A stretch of DNA of 64,000 nt. Origin: an uncultured Methanomassiliicoccales archaeon (GTDB taxonomy: Archaea; Thermoplasmatota; Thermoplasmata; RBG-16-68-12; JAJISG01). The translations under genes and the position numbers were made by a program. The stretch's first letter is position 1. Each line of letters begins with the position of its first letter. The DNA is taken from NCBI GenBank assembly GCA_964347325.1, contig CAYFYA010000004.1, forward strand, positions 2,383 through 66,382. The letters run 5' to 3'. The notes below the pieces were generated by a model, which made no database searches, had not been told where the DNA came from, and saw only the letters and a list, made by a program, of their open reading frames with translations. Positions 35,601 to 42,497 of the stretch are shown here, one piece after another.

Positions 35601-37046
35601 ACCGACTTCTTCTACGGTAACAACTTCGTGACTCTCGAGTTCGAGGTGCTGACCAAGCCCGACCTTGAGCTGCGGCCTTCCGAGTACCAGCCTATGGTGG
35701 TGGTCCGGGACAGGTCCTTCTCAGTATCTGTTAACGTCTACAACGTTGGGAGTACCGCCGCTACTGACTTCGAAGTCGGGTTGTACCTTGATGAGATCTT
35801 GGAGGAGAACCTAATCGCTACCGAGACCGGGATCGTCGTTGCTGCGGGGCAGAACCTCACCGTGGACGTGGAGGCCTCCCCCATCGCCGTCGCCGGCAAC
35901 TACACACTGATAATCTATGCAGACGCCGCGGAAGCCATTCCGGAGGTTAACGAGGGGAACAACCAGGTCAGTATCCAGTTGGATGTCGTGCCACCCGAGG
36001 GCCAGGTGTTCATCGACTCCCCCGCGGGCGGCTCGTTCTACAACCTCGGACAAACAGTGTTCGTCTCCGGCAGGGTGACCACTCCGACGGGTCAGCCCAT
36101 TCCCGACCTGAGGGTCACCGTCGTCATGAGGGACTCCGAAGGCGGCTTCCAAGACCAGAGGGCTGTGTTCACGGACACTAGCGGGGTCTTCCAGGTCGGC
36201 ATTCTACTGCCCAGTGAGGCTCCCAGCGGTGCCTGGTCCTTGCTTGCCTACACGGATGTGGAGAGCATACAGTCAGCCACCACCCCGCTGAACGTCGAGC
36301 GAGTCGTCCCATGGTACGACCAGCCAGTGCCCTTCGTGAACCTTCCTTTGTGGATACTGCTGGTCATTCTGGCGGTCTTCGTTGCCATCGCCCTGGCCAT
36401 TACCAGGTACATGCGCTCCTTTGGCCTGGGGAGGCTGGTGGAGTGTGGCGAGTGTGGTGCCTTCATCTCAGAATCGGCCTCCAGCTGTCCCAAGTGCGGG
36501 ACGGAGTTTGAGCGTGAGATGGTCAAGTGCAGCAGCTGCCACGCTTGGATCCCGGCAGACGTCAGGAAGTGCCCCGAGTGTGGTGTCGAGTTCACCACTG
36601 GCAAATCGAAGGGTGCCGACTACAAGGAGAGGATGAAGACGCAGTACCAGAAGGTGGTGGACAAGTACCGCGCTGAGGCGGCCATCGCCTTGGGCCACAC
36701 GCCATCTGAGAAGGAGTTCCAGGAGTGGTGGCGCAGGCAACCCACCTTCGTGACCTACAGCGAGTGGCTGAAGGAAGAGGAGGAGATGAGGAAGCTGGGT
36801 TCCAAGCCCTGCCCGCGATGTAAGACCCTCAACTCCCTGACGGCTACGGTGTGTCACAGGTGTGGAGCCCTGCTCTCAGAGGGCGCTTCCAGTGGACGCC
36901 CTCCCGGTGGCCCCTCCGGCGGCACCAATCTAACAGCTCCACCCGCGCCCCCCTCGGAAGGCGGAGCGGCCGCCAAGAGCAAGAAGGTTGAGCGCCCGAT
37001 CCTCAAGAAGATTGTGAAGAAGCCCTTCTCGAAGAGGAAGTCCTAG
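32619..37046 (+). CDS. Giant (about 1475 aa) type-I-like surface protein: N-terminal signal/anchor, beta-helix-like region, CARDB-like Ig repeats, one TM helix, and a cytoplasmic tail with three zinc ribbons
   Basis: N-terminal hydrophobic segment IVLSIVLAASLLLGAVAGLFAL. There are many NxS/T sequons. CARDB-like repeats include PDLSITEDDVDV...VRVENLGVSTA and KPDLELRPSEY...VNVYNVGSTAA. The TM helix is LPLWILLVILAVFVAIALAI (about 36344..36406). The ribbons are CGECGAFISESASSCPKCG, CSSCHAWIPADVRKCPECG and CPRCKTLNSLTATVCHRCG. The tail ends ILKKIVKKPFSKRKS. The start codon is uncertain (TTG 32619 or GTG 32640). Confidence 0.75.
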   Translation: MDPGVDVVTQSRGARQPIVLSIVLAASLLLGAVAGLFALKTASASIVVINGDWTVSGTDNTYDGVIFKVDGNVTIESGALLEIANGGLTFLQDDSHTYTLDIQDGGSGHGSLVLENSVLTTEPLQIDVSLRLEVAVAGTLILRDGSLVKHPGNITSSGDAIIEVRDSTVKGFDSGEIDGVVADTDASDDAPSLSFSSTSEVLIVDSIISGLYENNADPRPNPLYDIRVQDSATLTIIDSYVGIDYHPGDTTHNTISATGSSRVYIFNMSLDEDQSSLAQPVDWLPAFVTASSAEVYIHRWLEAKAADRFGNGVPSAYIESRVLPEGLLAYYPRNGGSNVPSQDILDHLGASSSDFNVTGSDGRALIPLLTEWINSSVDQTAPNSHFIGNYRIRASFGGDASVRNVSFQAYPALGSSVNTESLTVNIDSLVWPAQDTTYIWSSTINIDFDLLLDGNLLITGDATIDGSQLFILQSNMDSGRHYIMIEGGGSLTITNGGLSSNLPLVVYLQDGAQLSTDNATLQLSTPAGRGIVYGEDSSVISLRGGSLEGDLKALGNSAFIREVSLTNANITYDTSGISYLWDPVFEENVGLSFLSDDGDVGTLDFDIRNATVDESLNDSFVFQGTQYAQLTNVTFETGGFWWTDRISDSAKIGVYWWLFVESLDAVGTTVRESNITLQRLNPVTMQFSLIPTPGPDDLYMGNPQPTHIEAPEGVFLYRALSQERVQSQGWANSTYLANGSKVVDATTYYADANETVAVGGNSNLEVTFTALTPAFEMAELTFLGANGTADTQPVDLSLDIRASVQNDASIGFSGVTVHYYRVDVDANDDGVMDNPPDDYAPFLLGEQNITVEAQSTFVAAISWTPEDVGTYLISAVIDQDDRYPELVETNNLMKATLEVTAWPDLSITEDDVDVTRVPVEDGDTPVQVRVENLGVSTAMGATVELYDNGSLSDSTPVNIVAGEAGSVVLIWTPTPAGNHTITVKVDSLNDTADNTDFFYGNNFVTLEFEVLTKPDLELRPSEYQPMVVVRDRSFSVSVNVYNVGSTAATDFEVGLYLDEILEENLIATETGIVVAAGQNLTVDVEASPIAVAGNYTLIIYADAAEAIPEVNEGNNQVSIQLDVVPPEGQVFIDSPAGGSFYNLGQTVFVSGRVTTPTGQPIPDLRVTVVMRDSEGGFQDQRAVFTDTSGVFQVGILLPSEAPSGAWSLLAYTDVESIQSATTPLNVERVVPWYDQPVPFVNLPLWILLVILAVFVAIALAITRYMRSFGLGRLVECGECGAFISESASSCPKCGTEFEREMVKCSSCHAWIPADVRKCPECGVEFTTGKSKGADYKERMKTQYQKVVDKYRAEAAIALGHTPSEKEFQEWWRRQPTFVTYSEWLKEEEEMRKLGSKPCPRCKTLNSLTATVCHRCGALLSEGASSGRPPGGPSGGTNLTAPPAPPSEGGAAAKSKKVERPILKKIVKKPFSKRKS

Positions 37047-37110
37047 GTCGCCCTCGCCCTTTGTACGCACTCGTCGTCTCTCAGAACTTAATCATCCACA
37101 GCAAAGCGAG

Positions 37111-38796
37111 TTAGACCGATCCCAGCTCCGCACCCACGATCCTCATCATTTCCTCGGGATCCTTGAAGTATGCCGAGGCGATTCGGGCCACCTCTTTGTA
37201 GCTGGATACCCCCGTGCGACGCATGTACTCGAAGAGGTCCATCCGCCTCTTCACCTCCTGTTCCATCCTCTTGGGGGTCCAGTTACGGGCGGTCTGTATC
37301 TTCTCATAGACGTAGCTGTGACCGCTGAAGCTGAAGGTGTCGTCCGCCGGATTCCAGGTATAAGCGGAGTTGGTGATGAGTTCGTTGGACTCCGGGTCGA
37401 CGCCGATGACTTCGGTCAAAGACTTCACTCGGCGGACCATTTCGGTGCCGACCTTCACCTGAGACTGGAGCAGGACGATGTCCAGGGCTGCCACCAGGGC
37501 GCGGGGGAGGTTGATGGGATCGTTCTCCAGCCTGTGGACCATGGATTGCACGTCATCCGCGTGGAAGGTTGTATAGGCGCTCTTCCCCGTCGCCATGGCC
37601 TGGAAAACTACGTAGGCTTCTCCCCCCCGAACCTCGCCGACCATCAGGTACTGAGGCCTCTGACGAAGGGCGGCGGACAGCAGGTCGAACATGTCGATTT
37701 CACCCGCCATACGACCGCTGGCAGTTGTCCCACCGAAACCGTGGCGCGTCAGGGTGGCCACCCAGTTCTCGTGGGGAAGATTCAGCTCCCGCGTGTCCTC
37801 TATGCTGACGATCTTCATCTGAGGGGGGATGAAGAGCAGAATGGCATTCAGCGTGGTGGTCTTTCCGCTTGCAGTCCCTCCACAGATGAGCATGGACTGT
37901 CCGTTCTCGATGGCTAGCCACATGTAAGCCATCATCTCGGGACTCATGGTGAGGTTATCGATGAGGTCCAGGGGGGTGAAGGGGTTCTCTCGGAAGCGCC
38001 GAATCGTGAAGCTGGAGCCCTTCTTGGTGACGTGCTTCCCGAGGGTCGCTTGAAGCCTGGAGCCGTCGGGGATGGAGGCGTCAAGCATTGGCTGCGCTAC
38101 CGAAATGTGTTTCCCGCACCTCTGGGCTAGCCAGATGACGAAGCCGTCCAGTTCTTCGTCGGTGTCGAACTTCAGGTTGGAGGGCACGGAGCCGTACTTC
38201 CGGTGATAGATGTAGAACGGGACCTTGACGCCATCGCAGGATATATCCTCCACCTCCGGGTCGATCATAACTACGTCAATGGGTCCGTACCTCACGAAGT
38301 CCCTCACGACGTAATACATGATTCTCTCCTTGGAGACCGGATGGAGGGTTACGCCCAGATCCCTGAGGAGCTGCTGCACAGAGCTCCGGAGGTAGGACTC
38401 TCTCGTTTCGGAGTCCATCTCCTTGGTCATCTCCAGGTTCTCGATGATTAGCTCTTTCAGGACGCCCAGCAGCTCGGCTTCATCGCCGGTCAGTTTGGGC
38501 TCGATGACCTCGTAGAAGTGCTGGTTGGAGAAGTCATCGTAGAGAATCCTCACGTAGGAGTAGTTGTCGATGATGGGATCTATCTCCATCTCCTTCATGT
38601 TGGGATTCGTGACGGGTGGGATTTCCGTGATATTGCCAGCCACGATTTCCTGACGACCTCCGCCTCGCGGTGCCTTGACCTTAAGCCCCTTATCACCGAG
38701 CATGCGGGAGTACATCCTGCGCTTGAGGCGCTGGACGACTCCAATTTTGCTGGCCATCGGACGTCGACGTTCCAGCGTGATTGAAGGCCTTGACAT
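37111..38796 (-). CDS. Type IV filament assembly ATPase, FlaI/ArlI-PilB (GspE/VirB11) family, paralog 1
   Basis: Walker A CGGTASGKTTTLNAIL, Asp box IVSIEDTRELNL, Walker B/His box RQRPQYLMVGEVRGGEAY...TTFHADD. Confidence 0.88.
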   Translation of the reverse strand: MSRPSITLERRRPMASKIGVVQRLKRRMYSRMLGDKGLKVKAPRGGGRQEIVAGNITEIPPVTNPNMKEMEIDPIIDNYSYVRILYDDFSNQHFYEVIEPKLTGDEAELLGVLKELIIENLEMTKEMDSETRESYLRSSVQQLLRDLGVTLHPVSKERIMYYVVRDFVRYGPIDVVMIDPEVEDISCDGVKVPFYIYHRKYGSVPSNLKFDTDEELDGFVIWLAQRCGKHISVAQPMLDASIPDGSRLQATLGKHVTKKGSSFTIRRFRENPFTPLDLIDNLTMSPEMMAYMWLAIENGQSMLICGGTASGKTTTLNAILLFIPPQMKIVSIEDTRELNLPHENWVATLTRHGFGGTTASGRMAGEIDMFDLLSAALRQRPQYLMVGEVRGGEAYVVFQAMATGKSAYTTFHADDVQSMVHRLENDPINLPRALVAALDIVLLQSQVKVGTEMVRRVKSLTEVIGVDPESNELITNSAYTWNPADDTFSFSGHSYVYEKIQTARNWTPKRMEQEVKRRMDLFEYMRRTGVSSYKEVARIASAYFKDPEEMMRIVGAELGSV

Positions 38797-38804
38797 AGTG
38801 ACAC

Positions 38805-39803
38805 CTACAGCATCTGGAACCCAACGACGGCGATCAACAGCATGACGAAGGAGTGACGCAGGCCATTAACGATCTTCCCCGTATCCAGGATGCCAGCAAG
38901 GATGCCGTCGCCCATGGCATGGACGATGACGGCGATGAAGAAGGCCACCTGGACGTTGAAGATGATCTCCGGTATGTTCTGGGGCAGGGGACTCTGGCCG
39001 CCGAGGAGACTCCCGGAATCCCCCTCGCCGAGCTCCGCCGCCGCCTCCTCCATCTTCGGGAGGAAGGTGACGCCCAGGATCCAGATCGTTACGATGAAGA
39101 CGGCGAAGGAGATGTAGATGACCGCGATGTAGGTGCTCATGGTGATCCGACGCTCGTCCTCTGTGAGCTGGACCTCCTTGGCGTCGTGACTCACCATGGT
39201 CAGCACATCGGCCACCTCCCCGCCCGCGTCACTGGCTTTGATGATGATGGCTACGACCCTCTGCACCAAGGGCGTCTGGACCCGCTCTGCGAATAGCCGC
39301 AGGGCGTCTGTGGCGGGTACGCCCCACTCTATCTGGGCCGACATCTTCTTGATCTCGTCCGTGAGGACTCCGTAGCGGCCCTGGGCGGCGACCACAACGG
39401 CCTCTGCGAGGGTCATTCCGAATCTCCCCGCCTCCGCCACGTCCCTCAGGAAGTCGGGGAGTCTCTTCTCTATGGCGCGGATTTTCTTCTGCTCAGCCGC
39501 CATGTAGAACCCGTAAGGCCCGATGGCGGCCATGAGCCCGATGGCTAGAAAGTTGAGAAACCTGCGAATGGGATGCTCTGCGGTGTCCGCCACTCCGTCG
39601 CCGTCTAGGTCGAATCCCGTCTCGGGGTCCAGGGGCTTGAAGGAGAGGTCGAGGACATTCAGGAGGTTGAGGACGGCGATGCCGATGAAGATAACACCCA
39701 GGAAGATGCTGATTGTCTTGACGACTCGCTTCTTGTCCTTCCTCACGTAGATGGCCTGGCGTGCCTCCTCGAGCTCCTTGGCCACTCCCTTCAGCCTGGC
39801 CAC
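38805..39803 (-). CDS. FlaJ/PilC/TadC-like platform protein, C-terminal T2SSF half
   Basis: LPDFLRDVAEAGRFGMTLAEAVVVAA...YGVLTDEIKKMSAQIEWGVPATDALRLFAERV is a T2SSF-type cytoplasmic domain followed by TM helices. The GTG start immediately follows the TAG of the upstream ORF in the same frame. Confidence 0.75.
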   Translation of the reverse strand: MARLKGVAKELEEARQAIYVRKDKKRVVKTISIFLGVIFIGIAVLNLLNVLDLSFKPLDPETGFDLDGDGVADTAEHPIRRFLNFLAIGLMAAIGPYGFYMAAEQKKIRAIEKRLPDFLRDVAEAGRFGMTLAEAVVVAAQGRYGVLTDEIKKMSAQIEWGVPATDALRLFAERVQTPLVQRVVAIIIKASDAGGEVADVLTMVSHDAKEVQLTEDERRITMSTYIAVIYISFAVFIVTIWILGVTFLPKMEEAAAELGEGDSGSLLGGQSPLPQNIPEIIFNVQVAFFIAVIVHAMGDGILAGILDTGKIVNGLRHSFVMLLIAVVGFQML

Positions 39804-40862
39804 CTACCTCGCCTCCTGTTCCTGGTTCCACATGACGAATATGAAGCCGAACTGGGACAGCGGTATCATGAGACCAACGATGACGTAGAGGAGGGTGACC
39901 ACGAACCCGGCCTGGCCCTTGCTGATGAGGGCCATTATTGCCATTATGACAACCAGGAAAAGAGGGAAGGCGACGACGACCGTAACGAAGCTCTCCGCCA
40001 GGAGGCCGAGGGTCTCCATCCGCTTCTTCATCTCCAGCTTGTCCTCCTTCTCGAACTGTTCGGCCTTCATCACGAAGTAGGGCTTCATCTGGCCCCCAGA
40101 GGTTGCGGTGGTCACGACCCCCTGGAGAAACTCCTGGAACTTGACGCTAGGCGATCGACCGGCTGCCTTCTTGATGGCCGTAAGGATGTCCTCCCCCAGG
40201 AGTTCCGTATCCCTGGTTATCCACTCCGCCTCCTTCGCGATCTCGCCGTACACCTCTTGCTTGGAGAGCTCTCGGAAGATCACGTCGACGGGGACCTCGG
40301 CCGAAGCCATGGCGGATATGAAGGACATCGCTCCCGTGAGCTTCCGGTCGATTAGACGGCCTCGCCGCTTCGCCCTGGATGCTGGTATGCCCCTGTAGAA
40401 GGGCTCCAGGCCGAAGTAGACTGCCTTGGTCAATAGTGCAGGGACCGTGGCGAGGACTGGGGGAAGGATGATGAAGGGAATCAGGGGCCAGCTGAGGATG
40501 GCGAACAGGAAGAACGCCAGCGTGCCGGAGGCTGCCATGGTGCCCATGGCGACCAGCACCACTGCGGCCTTCCCCATGGCGACATACTCCTCGGGGCGGA
40601 GGCGCATGTGGGCCTTGAGGAGATCCTCCTCCAGGTCCTCGTCGACCTTACCCTTGCTGGTGCCACCCATAAGCCTCCAAGCAAGCTGCTGGAAGGGCGA
40701 CAAGCTGAGGTAGCTCGGCTTCGCTCCTGCCGCTAGCCTCACCAAGTGGGGTGTAGACCTCTTCTTGACGGTCTGCTGCGTCGCCCTGACCTCGGCCTCT
40801 CGGCGAGCTTCCAGCCTGTCCAAGACGCTGCTGGCCTCACCCCCCAAGGAGGTCACCTCCAT
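39804..40862 (-). CDS. FlaJ/PilC/TadB-like platform protein, N-terminal T2SSF half
   Basis: AMSFISAMASAEVPVDVIFRELSKQEVYGEIAKEAEWITRDTELLGEDILTAIKKAAGRSPSVKFQEFLQGVVTTATSGGQMKPYF is the FlaJ/PilC signature. The ATG at 40862 gives a 26-nt overlap with the upstream ATPase. The track start at 40994 lies inside that ATPase gene. Confidence 0.75.
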   Translation of the reverse strand: MEVTSLGGEASSVLDRLEARREAEVRATQQTVKKRSTPHLVRLAAGAKPSYLSLSPFQQLAWRLMGGTSKGKVDEDLEEDLLKAHMRLRPEEYVAMGKAAVVLVAMGTMAASGTLAFFLFAILSWPLIPFIILPPVLATVPALLTKAVYFGLEPFYRGIPASRAKRRGRLIDRKLTGAMSFISAMASAEVPVDVIFRELSKQEVYGEIAKEAEWITRDTELLGEDILTAIKKAAGRSPSVKFQEFLQGVVTTATSGGQMKPYFVMKAEQFEKEDKLEMKKRMETLGLLAESFVTVVVAFPLFLVVIMAIMALISKGQAGFVVTLLYVIVGLMIPLSQFGFIFVMWNQEQEAR

Positions 40863-42468
40863 TGGCTTCCAGGGTCTTCGCACTGGCCCAACCCATCTCC
40901 CTTCGGACCCTCGAGACGGTCTCCTCTGGGTATTGGTAGTAGCCGACAACCACTTTGGAGATGTCACGGTAGTCCATGATGTCCTTTTCCACAAGGTACC
41001 TGAGCATGTCCACCCGGCGCTGGAACTCCTCGTCCATCTCCTCGTGCGTCAGGTTCTTCATCTCCATGATTTCGTCGAAGAGGAAGCTGTGACCCTTGAA
41101 GGTGAAATCATCCGTCCTCTGGTCCCACTCGTAGACCGTGTTCGTGATTAGCTCGTTGGTCTCTGGCTCAAAACCGACTAGCTCCACAATCTGCTTGATC
41201 CTTCGGACGATGTTGGTCCCAACCCTGACCTGGGTCTGGACTATGACGAAGTTCAGAGCCGTCAGGAGGATACGAGGTGTGTTTATGGGCGGGTTCTCCA
41301 GCCTGTTGACCATGGACTTGACACTGTCGGCGTGCATGGTGCTCATGGTCGGGTGTCCCGTGGCCATGGCCTGAAACATGGTGTAGGTCTCCTTGCCGCG
41401 GACCTCGCCAACAATGATGTAGTTCGGCCTCTGCCGTAGGGCCGCCCGGACCAGGTCGTACATGTCTATCTCACCCGGTGCCTTCCCGTCGGCCCCCCGC
41501 TCCCCCGTGCCGCTGCGAGTACTCCCTGGTATCCAGTTCTCGTGGGGGAGGTTGATTTCACGCGTGTCCTCAATGCTTACGATCTTCGCTCCGGGACGGA
41601 TGAACAGGGCGGCGCTATTCAGGGAGGCAGTCTTCCCGGCGGCGGTACCTCCACAGACCATCATCGACTTGCCATGCTCTATAGCCAGCCAGATATAGGC
41701 CAACATCTCGATGGAGGCAGTGTTGAACTTGATGAGCTCCACGGGGGTGAAGGGCTTCTCCTTGAAGCGTCGGATGGTGAAGCTGGAGCCCCGGGTAGTC
41801 ACCTCGCGGGCGTAGGTCGCCTGGACCCGGTGGCCCTCTTGGGTCGTCCCGTCCAGGATGGGATTCGCCACAGAGATCGACTTCCCACACCTCTGCCCAA
41901 GGCTGATGACGAAGGAGTTCAACGATTCGTCATCGTCAAACATCACCGTCGTCTTGATGGACTCGTACTTCTGGTGGAAGACGAAGATGGGGACCTTGAC
42001 GCCGTCGCAGCTCACGTCCTCGATCTTGTAGTCGTTGAGGATGACGTCACACGGCCCGTAGCCGACGAAGTCTCGGACGATGTAGTAGATTACCTTGTTC
42101 TTAGACCGGTCATCCAGACCGATGTCCCGGGACTTCACGAAGCTCTCCACGCTCTCCCGGAGGTACTCCTCCTTGTCCTTGAGGCTCTGAGCGTGGAAGC
42201 TGTATGACAGAGTCCTGACCAAGGAGTCCTTCAAGAGGTCAAGAAGCTCCGTCTCCCGGCGATTCAGTTGAGGTTCCCAGGTCTCGTAGACGTACTCGCT
42301 GTCCGTCTTGTAGAAGAGCACCCTCACGTAGCTGTAGGGAGCCTTGATGGGGTAAATCTCCACCTCCTCGACGTTCTCCTCCGTCACGGGTGGCACGGGT
42401 GTAAGCTGCGATCCTCGGCCAGGGATCCAGACGGCCCCCTTCTGCATGGCCCCCTTTGGTAGCTTCAC
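40837..42468 (-). CDS. Type IV filament assembly ATPase, FlaI/ArlI-PilB family, paralog 2
   Basis: Walker A CGGTAAGKTASLNSAAL, IVSIEDTREINL, and RQRPNYIIVGEVRGKETY...STMHADS. GTG start at 42468, with an alternative ATG at 42447. Confidence 0.88.
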   Translation of the reverse strand: MKLPKGAMQKGAVWIPGRGSQLTPVPPVTEENVEEVEIYPIKAPYSYVRVLFYKTDSEYVYETWEPQLNRRETELLDLLKDSLVRTLSYSFHAQSLKDKEEYLRESVESFVKSRDIGLDDRSKNKVIYYIVRDFVGYGPCDVILNDYKIEDVSCDGVKVPIFVFHQKYESIKTTVMFDDDESLNSFVISLGQRCGKSISVANPILDGTTQEGHRVQATYAREVTTRGSSFTIRRFKEKPFTPVELIKFNTASIEMLAYIWLAIEHGKSMMVCGGTAAGKTASLNSAALFIRPGAKIVSIEDTREINLPHENWIPGSTRSGTGERGADGKAPGEIDMYDLVRAALRQRPNYIIVGEVRGKETYTMFQAMATGHPTMSTMHADSVKSMVNRLENPPINTPRILLTALNFVIVQTQVRVGTNIVRRIKQIVELVGFEPETNELITNTVYEWDQRTDDFTFKGHSFLFDEIMEMKNLTHEEMDEEFQRRVDMLRYLVEKDIMDYRDISKVVVGYYQYPEETVSRVRREMGWASAKTLEANGGDLLGG

Positions 42469-42497
42469 CTTCCTCTTGCGGTGGGTCAGCGCCAGTA

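Noticed and set aside
39804-39806. In-frame TAG between the two platform halves as a pyrrolysine or programmed read-through codon
   Set aside because: TAG is used as an ordinary stop by many neighbouring genes, e.g. rpoL (7524-7526), truD (8889-8891), the 70-aa gene (9123-9125) and the PPC gene. No pyl genes are in the window. A split gene or a nonsense change is more parsimonious. It is kept as a low-probability alternative in the finding.
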